Assembly (NCBI GenBank): GCA_002787535.1
Contig: PCXB01000037.1
Location: forward strand, 3,814-67,813
Source of the DNA: Deltaproteobacteria bacterium CG11_big_fil_rev_8_21_14_0_20_45_16
GTDB taxonomy: Bacteria; Bdellovibrionota; UBA2394
Direction of reading: 5' to 3'
DNA length: 64,000 nucleotides
The position numbers and the translations under genes are program-made. This document shows positions 1 through 10,250 of the stretch, one piece after another. How positions within the stretch are numbered: position 1 is the first letter of the stretch; each line of letters starts with the position of its first letter. The notes beneath the pieces are model-generated. The model was given only the letters and a program-made list of their open reading frames with translations, did no database searches and was not told the DNA's origin.

Positions 1-10
1 AGAAACACTT

Positions 11-607
11 TTGGAAACGGAATACAAAAAATATACAGGAAAAAACGATAAACTTCTGAACATTTTAGTTCATGAACCATTGATTGTCTCGAGAGCCATG
101 AGCTTAGAGGACAATGTTAAACAGATTCTAAAATCGCCCGCTCTTCTAGTGCAATTTTTTGAAAGTCTTGGTGTTTCTAGAAAGCCAGCCGCGGACGCAA
201 GCATCTTTATATATCTCTTATCCGAAGACAGTAAGGATCCACCCACCATTCTCAGCCTCCACGATTCTAGCCAGCCAAATCTTGGTTTTCTTATTCTTAG
301 GGTAACCCAAGCTAAGACTCTCAGCTTGAGTCTCGCCCAGCTTATCAGCAAAATTTACCAGGCGACTGATAAAGAAGATCCTCTAACGGGACTTGCGACA
401 GTACCCACGGGAATGGCAGATCCAAGCCAGACGCCCCTCTATCCACAGAAACTGGCGGAACTCATGGCAGGCGACATACCCACTAGCTTGATAAGCGAAA
501 AGCCTATCGACTCTTTAAAAGATGTGTCCGTTGGCCCAACTACGGCATATGAACTAGGCTGGATAGACAAAGAAGCTCTAGAAAAGCTTATGCACTCACT
601 TCCATAG
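11..607 (+). CDS. Hypothetical protein. There is no in-frame stop upstream, so it may extend beyond the window start.
   Basis: 198-aa ORF starting at a TTG. No motifs recognised. Confidence 0.3.
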   Translation: METEYKKYTGKNDKLLNILVHEPLIVSRAMSLEDNVKQILKSPALLVQFFESLGVSRKPAADASIFIYLLSEDSKDPPTILSLHDSSQPNLGFLILRVTQAKTLSLSLAQLISKIYQATDKEDPLTGLATVPTGMADPSQTPLYPQKLAELMAGDIPTSLISEKPIDSLKDVSVGPTTAYELGWIDKEALEKLMHSLP

Positions 608-2369
608 AGTCTCCGGTATCCAAATCATCAATTTCCGGTTCGACCCAGCGACCATTTGATTTAATAAGCTCGATGAGCTTCGCCGGCGCCTCTTCGGCAG
701 GAATGTTTCTTTCAACACAGTCTTTTTGGACATAAAGATTAACCCGACCTGGAGCCCCGCCCACGTAGCCAAAATCTGCATCCGCCATTTCGCCCGGCCC
801 ATTTACAATACACCCCATAATCGCAAGTTTCACACCCTTCAAATGAGAGGTTAACTTTCGAATCCTGGCGGTGGTTTCTTCGAGATTGAATAAGGTTCGT
901 CCACACGAGGGACATGCAATGTATTCAGTCTTCGACATCCTCCGGCGAGTCGCCTGAAGAATACCAAAGTTTAGTCGAAGCGAATCCGCAGGAGCCAAGC
1001 CTTTAATCATACTGCCAGCTAGCGGGAGATCCACAAAGGCGGTACCCAATTTGAGACTCGCATCAAGAACATTTTGAATTTCTGAATTGGCTGGATCGAG
1101 TTCAGCAAACACAACGGCCCGATTCGGATCCAAATTTTTTGCCAATTTCAATGACTCAACAGAATTAAACAATACTCGATCCTCACCCATCCCATTATGG
1201 GCGAATTCACCGACCCAATAATCGACAGACTTACGATCCTCGAATTCCAATTTCTGTCTTTCCGAACAATTGATCGCAATCTTCAAGTCCATATGTCGCA
1301 ACAAAAACTTCCAACGAGATTTGAATTTTTCGATTGATTCAGTCAGCAAAGAAATATCACTGACGTACAGCACATCCGGGAGCAGTTTATTTCTCCGAAG
1401 CTCAGCTCCCTCGTCTTGAAGGTCGCCAAAATCTAGCCAAACTTCGGGCAGTAGAGATGAATTCAACTCGACGCGATCAGGCAATCTGTATTCTCGTGGC
1501 ATCGGCTCCAAGCCCCTTGGAAAGCGATTCGCCAAGAGACGCCCAACTGGCACTTCATGCAAGGGCGATTCCGTTAGCGATACTCGAATCGTATCCCCGA
1601 TTCCTTCCGCTAGCAGCGTGCCGATGCCAATAAAGGATTTGATGCGCCCATCTTCGCCATCGCCTGCTTCGGTTACACCAAGGTGTATAGGATAATCCCA
1701 ACCCAGTTGTTGTTGACGATCAACAAGAAGTCGATAGGTCTCAATCATTACCCGAACATTGCTTGCTTTCATCGAGAAACAGAAATTATGAAAATCCAAT
1801 TTTCTACAAATCGAAGCGTATTCAAAAGCGCTTTCAACCATTCCCTCAGGCGTATCGCCAAAGCGATTCATAATCCGATCACTCAATGATCCATGATTCG
1901 TACCGATACGCAGCGCTCGCCCCTTGGCCTTTAATTTCTCAACCAGTGGAATAAATTTGTCTTCAATTCTCTGAAGCTCTTCTCCGTACTCCAAATCCGA
2001 GTACTCTTGTATTTTGCCCATCTTTCGATCAGCAAAATTCCCGGGGTTGATTCTAACCTTGTCTACAAAGTCAGCCGCAATCATGGCGGCCTTGGGTAAA
2101 AAATGAATATCGGCTACTAATGGCAGGTCACAGCCCAACTCCGTCAATCGCGCTCGAATAACACCAAGCGCCTCGGCATCATTGATTGTTGGAGCGGTAA
2201 TTCTGGCGATATCACAACCCGCATTTGCCAAGGCCATAACCTGCTTAGTTGTCGCCTCAACATCCATCGTGTCGGTAGTCGTCATCGACTGAACCAAAAT
2301 AGGCTCTGAGCCCCCAAGTTTTAGCGACCCCACCTGAATTTGACGGGTCACAAATCGCATCGATCGCAT
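588..2369 (-). CDS. ispG: 4-hydroxy-3-methylbut-2-enyl diphosphate synthase (flavodoxin), long form with insert domain
   Basis: N-terminal VGSLKLGG...ILVQSMTTTDTMDVEATTKQV matches the IspG signature, and a C-terminal CPSCGR cysteine cluster is present. Start is ambiguous (2399, 2369 or 2360); the MRFVTRQIQVG alignment favours one of the later Met codons. Confidence 0.85.
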   Translation of the reverse strand: MRSMRFVTRQIQVGSLKLGGSEPILVQSMTTTDTMDVEATTKQVMALANAGCDIARITAPTINDAEALGVIRARLTELGCDLPLVADIHFLPKAAMIAADFVDKVRINPGNFADRKMGKIQEYSDLEYGEELQRIEDKFIPLVEKLKAKGRALRIGTNHGSLSDRIMNRFGDTPEGMVESAFEYASICRKLDFHNFCFSMKASNVRVMIETYRLLVDRQQQLGWDYPIHLGVTEAGDGEDGRIKSFIGIGTLLAEGIGDTIRVSLTESPLHEVPVGRLLANRFPRGLEPMPREYRLPDRVELNSSLLPEVWLDFGDLQDEGAELRRNKLLPDVLYVSDISLLTESIEKFKSRWKFLLRHMDLKIAINCSERQKLEFEDRKSVDYWVGEFAHNGMGEDRVLFNSVESLKLAKNLDPNRAVVFAELDPANSEIQNVLDASLKLGTAFVDLPLAGSMIKGLAPADSLRLNFGILQATRRRMSKTEYIACPSCGRTLFNLEETTARIRKLTSHLKGVKLAIMGCIVNGPGEMADADFGYVGGAPGRVNLYVQKDCVERNIPAEEAPAKLIELIKSNGRWVEPEIDDLDTGDSMEVSA

Positions 2370-2425
2370 TCTAGACTCCTGCTCCTTCCAGTGACACAAT
2401 TTATACAGAATATCAAAGATAACTC

Positions 2426-3382
2426 ATGGAGAATAACTGCTTAATTAACCACAAACCTAGCCCTCACGACCATCCTGAGCATCCCCATGGACCCACTCGA
2501 GATGTGGCTATCAAACGCCTCAAAATAGCCTTCTTTATTGGCCTTTTCATGCTGGTTGTCGAAATTATCGGAGCCTACTACTCCAACAGCTTGGCTCTTT
2601 TAGCGGACGCCACTCATCTCCTGGCTGATGCCTCAGCCCTCGGAATCACACTAATTGCGGCTTGGATGGCTGGAAGACTCGCCTCGCCTAAGCGCTCTTA
2701 TGGTTATTATCGACTCGAGGTTCTGGCCGCTTTAGCCAATGGTGTCCTTTTGAGTCTAATGGCTATTACGATTGCCTTCGAAGCTTTCGACAGAATTTTC
2801 TCCGAACATCAAGTCGAGCCAAAATCAATGATGGCCGTGGGAATTATCGGTTTGATCGGCAATATTGCCATGCTTTTTATTGTCGCCCCGTCTCACAAGC
2901 ACAATATCAATGTCAAAGGCGCTTTTCTTCATATCATAGGAGATACGCTTTCTTCCTTTGCCGTCATAGTCGGGGCTGCATTCATACTTTTAACCAACCT
3001 CAATTGGCCAGATGTCGTCGCCAGTTTCTTCGTTTCAACGATGATAATCATTATGGCGATTCGACTCATTCGTGAATCGATCAATATTCTACTGGAGGGT
3101 ACTCCCAAGCATATGGATCCAGATGATATCCAAAAAAATATCTTTCAGAACTTTCCGTCCATAAAAGATATTCACGATTTTCATGTCTGGGAAATTACTT
3201 CCAATCTCTTTGCGATGACGGCTCACATCGAAGCAGAGGTAAGGGACCTAGAAGAAACAAGTAAACTGATCGACTCACTCAATCAATTTATTCGAGTTCA
3301 GTACGGTATCGGACATACGACTTTTCAAGTTGAACCCCGTACAGATCTGACGGAAGCAGACAAAGCACCTTCCACCCACTGA
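2426..3382 (+). CDS. Cation diffusion facilitator (CDF) family metal efflux transporter, CzcD-like
   Basis: His-rich N-terminus. Six predicted TM helices with HLLADA and HIIGD metal-site motifs and a C-terminal cytoplasmic domain. Confidence 0.75.
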   Translation: MENNCLINHKPSPHDHPEHPHGPTRDVAIKRLKIAFFIGLFMLVVEIIGAYYSNSLALLADATHLLADASALGITLIAAWMAGRLASPKRSYGYYRLEVLAALANGVLLSLMAITIAFEAFDRIFSEHQVEPKSMMAVGIIGLIGNIAMLFIVAPSHKHNINVKGAFLHIIGDTLSSFAVIVGAAFILLTNLNWPDVVASFFVSTMIIIMAIRLIRESINILLEGTPKHMDPDDIQKNIFQNFPSIKDIHDFHVWEITSNLFAMTAHIEAEVRDLEETSKLIDSLNQFIRVQYGIGHTTFQVEPRTDLTEADKAPSTH

Positions 3383-4326
3383 TACATATCTTCCATTACT
3401 TGTTCGCGACCTACTTCGTTTAGAATCTCATGAAAAAGGGAGGGGTAAAGTGTGAACTTTTTTCCTGAACATTGAAGCGCTTCAAAAAACTTTTCAGTTT
3501 GGTAAGCGCTGACAATACGATCATCTCCTGACTGAAAAATGCCGACTGGGATTTGAATTTCTTTAATATCTTCAAACGCCAAGCGCCGGGCTTTCAAAAA
3601 CTCTCTCGCCCAGTTGACGGTTACCACGGGCTGAATAAGCGTATCCTGCATTCGCTTTCGAATCATCGAATCGTCATGCGTCAACAAGCTTTCTGACATC
3701 CCCCCGTCGTTGGAAAAGTTCATATTTGGAACCAAGCTTGTCGCGATCTCCAAAATTCGAAGGCCCCAGTCTGACTGCACCAATGTTCCAACGTGATGAA
3801 AGGCTTGGTCCGCCAAGCCAAACAGCGGGCTAGAAAGTATGCAGAGTTCGAATTCACGCGCCAACTCAGATGTCTGTAAAAATCTTACGCCCACCAACCC
3901 ACCTAAGCTGTGGGCGAATAAATAATAAGGGCCCGGAAAATTTAGCTCCTTCAATTTCCGAAAGAAACTCTCAACGCTTCTCACATAATCGTCGAAATCA
4001 TCAATATTCCCTCGCCGGCCACCACTCAAGCCATGGCCCGGTAAATCGAGCATCGCCATATGGAAGCCCTTGTCGATCCAAAACTTGGCAAAATGATCAT
4101 AGCAGCCGCTATGTTCTGAATAGCCATGACTTCCAACAAAACTCCCTCGAGCGCCGGATTTATTCCACCAAATTCGTCCGTTCAAATCCCATGATTTTGG
4201 ACCAACAAACCGAAACTGATCTCTTTGAATATTTTCAGACAAACTAGATCTTCTCTTTTCCCGCCATATAGGGACGCAGCACTCTTGGAATCTCAACGCT
4301 TCCGTCTTTTTGTTGATAGTTTTCAA
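3325..4326 (-). CDS. Alpha/beta hydrolase, lysophospholipase or monoacylglycerol lipase-like
   Basis: GHSLGG nucleophile elbow (FAHSLGGLVG) and an HG oxyanion region (LPGHGLSGG). The annotated start overlaps the serS 3' end by 83 nt, so the true start is probably an internal non-ATG codon. Confidence 0.6.
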   Translation of the reverse strand: MKTINKKTEALRFQECCVPIWREKRRSSLSENIQRDQFRFVGPKSWDLNGRIWWNKSGARGSFVGSHGYSEHSGCYDHFAKFWIDKGFHMAMLDLPGHGLSGGRRGNIDDFDDYVRSVESFFRKLKELNFPGPYYLFAHSLGGLVGVRFLQTSELAREFELCILSSPLFGLADQAFHHVGTLVQSDWGLRILEIATSLVPNMNFSNDGGMSESLLTHDDSMIRKRMQDTLIQPVVTVNWAREFLKARRLAFEDIKEIQIPVGIFQSGDDRIVSAYQTEKFFEALQCSGKKFTLYPSLFHEILNEVGREQVMEDMYQWVEGALSASVRSVRGST

Positions 4327-5518
4327 GGATGGCGATGAGCGTACGACCTACCGCAAGGCCGCTACCATTTAACGTATGGACATGATGAATCTTTCCCTGA
4401 CTATCGCGAAATCGCGTTTTCATTCGGCGAGCTTGAAATTCCCCACAATTACTTACAGAAGATATTTCACGATAACGATTCTGAGATGGCAACCAAACTT
4501 CGATATCAAATGTCTTCGCCGAAGCAAACCCCATATCTCCCGTACACAAGACTACCGTTCTATAGGGCAATTCCAATAGTTCTAAGATTTTTTCAGCATT
4601 CTGCCTCATCTTATCATGCTCTTCGTTTGATTTCTCAGGATGGCAAATTTTGACAAGCTCCACTTTATTAAACTGATGCTGCCGAATTAGTCCCTTCAAA
4701 TCCTTCCCATAACTGCCCGCCTCAGATCGAAAGCATGGGGTATAAGCCGTAAGATATTTTGGAAGATCTTTTTCATCCAAAATAGTGTCCGCGTAGAGGT
4801 TGCTTAGTGGAACTTCCGCGGTGGGTATTAAAAAAAGATCAAAGCGCTCGACCTTAAACAAATCATCATGAAACTTAGGAAGATTTCCGGTCCCATAGAG
4901 AGTCTTTTCGTTCACCAAGAGCGGGGGCTGAATCTCTTCATAGCCATGTTCTTGAGTATGCAAGTCCAGCATGAACTGTATTAGCGCGCGCTCCATACGA
5001 GCGGCCTCGGCCCTCAAAACTGAAAAGCGGGATCCTGATAAATGAGTTGCGCGATCGAAATCAATCCACTGTCTCCTCGTCCCTAAATCATCATGCGATA
5101 AAATATCAAAATCAAATTTTCTGATGTCCCCAACTCTAGCTACCTCTTGGTTATCTTCCTCCGACTTACCAAATGGCACTTCAGCATTTGGGATGTTGGG
5201 TAGCCGGCTAAGCTTATCGGATAGCTGCCCCTCGAACTCGTTCCATTCCGCCTCGACAGCTTTCAATCTTGGGCCGATTGCCTTTTGCTCGTCAATAAGC
5301 CCAGAAATATCTTCTCCGGCCTTCTTTCTCTTAGCGACCTCTTCGGCCCCTCGATTACGCTTCGCCAAAAGCTCCTCTTTTTCCTGAATGAGCTGCTTTC
5401 GACGAATCAGATCATTTTTGAGTCCATCAATAGCAGAGAGGAGGTCCACCTGCTGCCTTCTTTGCCAGCCCTTGGCATAACGATCAAAATCCGTTTCAAG
5501 ATTCTTTAAATCGAACAT
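4244..5518 (-). CDS. serS: Seryl-tRNA synthetase
   Basis: N-terminal coiled-coil arm plus a class II catalytic core (FRSEAGSYGKD..., GSGLAVGRTLIAILENYQ). Typical length of 424 aa. Confidence 0.9.
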   Translation of the reverse strand: MFDLKNLETDFDRYAKGWQRRQQVDLLSAIDGLKNDLIRRKQLIQEKEELLAKRNRGAEEVAKRKKAGEDISGLIDEQKAIGPRLKAVEAEWNEFEGQLSDKLSRLPNIPNAEVPFGKSEEDNQEVARVGDIRKFDFDILSHDDLGTRRQWIDFDRATHLSGSRFSVLRAEAARMERALIQFMLDLHTQEHGYEEIQPPLLVNEKTLYGTGNLPKFHDDLFKVERFDLFLIPTAEVPLSNLYADTILDEKDLPKYLTAYTPCFRSEAGSYGKDLKGLIRQHQFNKVELVKICHPEKSNEEHDKMRQNAEKILELLELPYRTVVLCTGDMGFASAKTFDIEVWLPSQNRYREISSVSNCGEFQARRMKTRFRDSQGKIHHVHTLNGSGLAVGRTLIAILENYQQKDGSVEIPRVLRPYMAGKEKI

Positions 5519-5554
5519 TTGTTGACCTTAACTTAAAAGGGAAACTCGATGGAA

Positions 5555-8500
5555 TCAATTTTCAATCGAACCATTCTTAAGAAAGTAGACCTCGTCTTTT
5601 ACGGTTGCGGCTTCCACGCCATTTGGGTCCAGCTCAAGGTACTTCTCAAAATTCCGCACGGCTTGAGCTTTTTCGCCAGAGTCCTTTTGAATAAAGGCAA
5701 GGAAGTAGTAGGCATCTGCCAGCTGCGGGTCGATTTGGACCGCCTTACGTAACGAACGTTTGGCTCTATCAAACAAGCCTTGATCGTTATAGAGTTTGCC
5801 TAGCTCGAGGTGACTTCTGGCATCTCCGGGAAACCATTCTGTCACCAAAGAGAAGTTTTGAATCGCCCGCAAAGTATCTCCTTTGGCCGTATAGACAACT
5901 GCCAATTTTCGGTAAATATCTCCTTTAAATCTCGTTCGAGACAAAGCCCTTCGGAAATTGGCTATGGCCTCATCGTTAAAGCCTGTTCGGAATTTAAGAT
6001 CGCCTCTGAACACAAGAACCTTAAAATTGTCAGGGTATACCTTCAAGGTCCTCTCAATAATCTCTTGCGCGAGCGCCCGCTCATCCATGGCCAGCGCGAC
6101 CTGGGCCGCAAAAACGAGATAACTCTCATTCTCAGGCTCAGCCTTGAGCGCCTGCTGGGCTAAGCGCCAAGCTGATTCTTTGGCTCCTAAAATATTTGTC
6201 TTATCATCTTCATCGATAAAATAAGCGCGCCCCATCAAATAATTAACGCGAGTATCACGAACCTCACGTAACTCCAAAGATTTCAAAATCTCTCGAGCCT
6301 CTTTAGATTTGCCGGCTGCAATTAAAATTTCGGCTCTCGCAATCGAAAGTTCTTCCAAATGATTATGAGACTCAAAATAAGGCTCAATTTCATCCAAAGC
6401 TTCTTGATCCTTACCCATAAAAGACAATATTCGAGCACGCGTAATGTGGAGATTCACAGATTTTGGCATTAGCGCTAATCCTGATTCCACTAGTGCAAGG
6501 GCTTTTTGATCCTCTTCCGATCGAAGAAGTAAAGATGTTAAGTGTGCATAAGTTGACTCATGCCGAAGATCTTCTTTCAAAGAAAGAGCAAAAAACTTTT
6601 GAGCTTGATTTAGTCTATGCTGGCGAAGCGATAGCTCGCCCAAGCCCTTTAAGGCTAAAGCATAATTTGGACTTGAGGCTGGAATCTTCTTATATATTTC
6701 TTCAGCTTGCTTCCATTCCTGTTGACGAAGGTTGAGCCCAGCCAAACTTAAAGTGGCCGGTTCAAAATTCGGATCAAGCTCTAAAGATTTTGCAAACGAT
6801 TGCCGAGCGGCGTCTTCTTGATAAATCGTTAGTTGCGTTTCGCCACGCTCAAAATACAACTCTGGAGACTTGGGATACGCCTGAATTGCCTGTTCAATCG
6901 TATCTAAAGCTTCAACAACTTTCATACGCACACGCAAGAGCGCAATTAATCGAAGTGCCACCGCCTTCCGCATGCCACCCGACTTCAGAGAGGATCGATA
7001 GGCCTCCACAGCGGGATCCCAAAGACTGTCTCGCTCATTCGACATCGCAATTTTGAACCATGCGTCTGCATCATTCGGATTCCGATCCAATATTCCCTGC
7101 CACTCTTCTCGAGCTTTGGCCTCGTCACCAAGGCTAGAATAAAGATCTCCGCGTCTAGACTGGATCTTAATCGCAAGCCATGGATAGTCCTTGGATCGCT
7201 CGTAGACTTTGTTCATTTTGGATAAAGCCTCTCGAGAGTTGTCCGATGAAATCTCTCTCAGCTCAACCTCAATCTCAGCAGGAAGATATTTATCTTTTGC
7301 TAAGCTTTGTATCGTAGAAAGGTCATTTTTGAGTAAAGCTAAATAGAAAATCCCTCTTCTATTTTTAGATTTCCCGAGCTTGTTTAAAAAGCTTGTAGCC
7401 TTTTCAATATTGTCCGTTCGATATGCCAGCTCTCCTAATAATGCCAGGTTGTCAGCGTCCGATGGCTTGGTTACTCGACTTTCTAGCTGAGACATCGAGT
7501 TCGATAGTTCACCCGTCGCCATAAACTTCCAGGCGTCCGCTCGGTAAGTAGCATCCCAATTGAGCGGTGTCTTAATACGATTCGCCATGCTCTTGGTCTG
7601 CTGATAGGTCTCATCATACTTGCTCGTGTATTCGACCTTCACCCCTTCCCAAGCAATCAGGCGACCCAAGCTCTCGAGCAAAAGCGAGGCAGCTTCAAAA
7701 TTTCTCTCATCCCGCTTCAATATTCCAGGCAGCGAAACCAACAATGCTTTAATTTTAGACGGATCATCAAAATCAAAAGCCTCCCTTACTTCGCCAAAAG
7801 TCTTCGCAAATTCTTCTCGAGTCGCCTCATCAGGTGCACGATAGACCGTCTCTAAATTCCAAGATTCCATCCGATAGCCAAATATTCCTTCTTCACTTTG
7901 GAATCTCCAGATTCCCCCCCCCAAAATAGCAAGCACTCCCGCGACGGCACCGAACCAAGCCACGATTCGCTTTGAATTTCCTCTCAAAGCTCTGGGCTTC
8001 GCATAACTCTCTTGAGGAACCTGAATAGGCCCACTTTGGAAGACATCCGCAAAGTCTTCAGCCGACAGTTCCTTTTTACCACCAAAACTTTTGCCAGCTT
8101 GATGAACAGATTGCTCCTCTGTCTGTGAAGATTCCTCGATAAGTTGAGACAAATCTGATTTTACTTCCGTGCCTGACCCGTCGACATTCAGCCCACCTGT
8201 ATCGTTACTGCTCGCAGCATATTCGGCGAGTGCAGCGTCAATAGGATCGGCATCTTCTGAAACTTGCGGCGTTGAGGCCGCTGGCGCGGCTTCCAATGGT
8301 TCATCCAATACAAGAGTGTCACCCTTTACCGCGTCTCCGAAGTTCTCAGAATTCTGATTGGAATCCATGATTGTAGCATCTTCAGGTCCATCAAAAATAG
8401 AATCTAGGGAACTAGATTTCTTGTCGTCGTTCTCAACTTTTGCATGATCTAGAAAATCAGCCGCTGAAGCAAGTTCATTCAAATCGTCGGACGTTGCATC

Positions 8501-8755
8501 GGCCTCTGAATCCAAATTCAAAAAATCATCCACTGGTGAACTAAGTTTAGAAACTTGAGACTTGCTTAGGAGTTCTGTCCGATCGTTCTTAACAAGTAAT
8601 TCAGTCTTATCCGAATCAGGAATTAAAGTTTTCTGGAAAAACCCCTCCGACTCTTCTGATGGCGGAGTCGTGTCCTGCGGCTCATCCTCTAAATCAAGCA
8701 AACGCGAAAGCAGATCGTCAGCATCCCCACCTGATTTATTGTCTCCCCCATTCAA
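5555..8755 (-). CDS. Large TPR-repeat protein with an acidic disordered N-terminus and one TM segment
   Basis: 1066 aa. The first ~260 aa are D/E/S-rich low complexity, followed by a hydrophobic helix (IVAWFGAVAGVLAILGGGIW) and then about 15 or more TPR-like repeats (A..Y..G....A, W..L). The start lies 7 nt after the nuoN stop. Confidence 0.6.
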   Translation of the reverse strand: MNGGDNKSGGDADDLLSRLLDLEDEPQDTTPPSEESEGFFQKTLIPDSDKTELLVKNDRTELLSKSQVSKLSSPVDDFLNLDSEADATSDDLNELASAADFLDHAKVENDDKKSSSLDSIFDGPEDATIMDSNQNSENFGDAVKGDTLVLDEPLEAAPAASTPQVSEDADPIDAALAEYAASSNDTGGLNVDGSGTEVKSDLSQLIEESSQTEEQSVHQAGKSFGGKKELSAEDFADVFQSGPIQVPQESYAKPRALRGNSKRIVAWFGAVAGVLAILGGGIWRFQSEEGIFGYRMESWNLETVYRAPDEATREEFAKTFGEVREAFDFDDPSKIKALLVSLPGILKRDERNFEAASLLLESLGRLIAWEGVKVEYTSKYDETYQQTKSMANRIKTPLNWDATYRADAWKFMATGELSNSMSQLESRVTKPSDADNLALLGELAYRTDNIEKATSFLNKLGKSKNRRGIFYLALLKNDLSTIQSLAKDKYLPAEIEVELREISSDNSREALSKMNKVYERSKDYPWLAIKIQSRRGDLYSSLGDEAKAREEWQGILDRNPNDADAWFKIAMSNERDSLWDPAVEAYRSSLKSGGMRKAVALRLIALLRVRMKVVEALDTIEQAIQAYPKSPELYFERGETQLTIYQEDAARQSFAKSLELDPNFEPATLSLAGLNLRQQEWKQAEEIYKKIPASSPNYALALKGLGELSLRQHRLNQAQKFFALSLKEDLRHESTYAHLTSLLLRSEEDQKALALVESGLALMPKSVNLHITRARILSFMGKDQEALDEIEPYFESHNHLEELSIARAEILIAAGKSKEAREILKSLELREVRDTRVNYLMGRAYFIDEDDKTNILGAKESAWRLAQQALKAEPENESYLVFAAQVALAMDERALAQEIIERTLKVYPDNFKVLVFRGDLKFRTGFNDEAIANFRRALSRTRFKGDIYRKLAVVYTAKGDTLRAIQNFSLVTEWFPGDARSHLELGKLYNDQGLFDRAKRSLRKAVQIDPQLADAYYFLAFIQKDSGEKAQAVRNFEKYLELDPNGVEAATVKDEVYFLKNGSIEN

Positions 8756-8762
8756 AGCACTC

Positions 8763-10244
8763 TTATTTTAACGCGAAAGTAGTCAAAATCCAATGCGCGT
8801 AAAAATCAGGTTTAAGCCCCCCTATAAGGCTTAGAAGCACCGCAGCAAGAATAAGGCTACGAACACTAAAGATTTGGTCCCTCAAAACAGACCATCTCGT
8901 CGCTAAGCCCCAATCACTGTCCCCGGACATAAATAGATACATTAAAATTTTCAAATAGTAAGCGACTCCCACGATGGAGCCCAGCGCCGCTAAAATCGCG
9001 ACAGCAAAATAGGATTGTTCAACGAGCTGTTGAAAGATCCAAAATTTGATCATAAAACCTGCAAGTGGTGGAATTCCAGCTAGACCCAAGACCAGTATTG
9101 CCAAGGCAATTCCGTACAAAGGTTTAGCTAGGCCTAGCCCCTTCAAATCCTCCAACATAAAAACCTTAGATCGGTCTTCTAACAAGGCAACGATCGCAAA
9201 CACACCCAGGCTCATCCCCGAATAGATCGCCAAATAAGAGAACAAAGCAAATCCGATACCCCTAGAAGGATCCGCAAGCAACAGTCCCAAGCCCAAAAAA
9301 CCAGCATGGCTCACACTTGAAAATGCCAATAATTTCTTAAGGCTCTTCTGTTGAAGCGCGGCAATATTTCCAAAGATAATCGATGCCACACAGAGGCTCG
9401 TCCAAAAAGGAATCCAAACTTCTGATACGGCTCCGAAGCAAGACCAAAAAATTCGGAGCGAAATCCCAACCGCTGCAAGCTTGACCATGGTTGCCAAATA
9501 AGCGGTAACGGCGGTTGGAGCGCCTTCGTAAACATCCGGTGTGTAAATATGAAAGGGAACGAGTGCCAGCTTAAACGCAAGGCCGGCCATCGTAAAAAGT
9601 ACGGCCATCAAAACAAGGGGTTTGTCGCCTGCTGCGATCACTCGCGAAATTTCGTCAAACCGAGTGAAACCTGTTGATCCATAAATAAAGGCAATTCCGT
9701 ACAGGAGAACTACTGTTGAAAATCCTCCAATAAAAAGATATTTCAAGGCACTCTCGGATGAGCGGATTTCCGTTCTAAAAAAACCGCACAAGCAATACGT
9801 ACCGATCGCCAAGGTCTCGACGCCCAAAAAGAAACACGTCAGATCGTTTGCCGAAAATGCTACAACTGCACCGAAGCCGCTTAGTATCAAGCAAACTAAA
9901 AACTCAGAATATTGTTCATAGTGAACTCTAAAAAAATTATCCTGAGAAAACATTCCAGGGCTCGAAATGAACAGACAACCAAGAGCGATGAAAAGAGCCA
10001 ACACATTTAAAAATTGAGTCAATGAATCAAAAATCACAGCCCCAAAGAACAAGGCCTGCACAGGCGCCAAGTCAAAACACCACAACGAATAGATAAGGTT
10101 AGCGCCCAAACCAAGTATGCTTATCAAAAAACTAAGTCTAGAATTTTGAAACACTATCTGTGCTATTACGACAGCCAGGGCGACAAGCGGCCAGGCCCAG
10201 ATCGAAACGGACAATTGTAAATCACTAATAAGAGTTGCCATCAT
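8763..10244 (-). CDS. nuoN: NADH-quinone oxidoreductase subunit N
   Basis: 493-aa polytopic antiporter-like subunit with an NuoN-type motif (FKLALVPFHIYTPDVYEGAPTAVTAY). Confidence 0.85.
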   Translation of the reverse strand: MMATLISDLQLSVSIWAWPLVALAVVIAQIVFQNSRLSFLISILGLGANLIYSLWCFDLAPVQALFFGAVIFDSLTQFLNVLALFIALGCLFISSPGMFSQDNFFRVHYEQYSEFLVCLILSGFGAVVAFSANDLTCFFLGVETLAIGTYCLCGFFRTEIRSSESALKYLFIGGFSTVVLLYGIAFIYGSTGFTRFDEISRVIAAGDKPLVLMAVLFTMAGLAFKLALVPFHIYTPDVYEGAPTAVTAYLATMVKLAAVGISLRIFWSCFGAVSEVWIPFWTSLCVASIIFGNIAALQQKSLKKLLAFSSVSHAGFLGLGLLLADPSRGIGFALFSYLAIYSGMSLGVFAIVALLEDRSKVFMLEDLKGLGLAKPLYGIALAILVLGLAGIPPLAGFMIKFWIFQQLVEQSYFAVAILAALGSIVGVAYYLKILMYLFMSGDSDWGLATRWSVLRDQIFSVRSLILAAVLLSLIGGLKPDFYAHWILTTFALK

Positions 10245-10250
10245 TTTTGA

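Noticed and set aside
3325-4326. An 83-nt overlap between the alpha/beta hydrolase start and the serS 3' end as a real overlapping-gene arrangement
   Set aside because: It is more likely a start-codon misassignment. The hydrolase core begins well downstream and a non-ATG start is plausible. This is not treated as a genuine long overlap.
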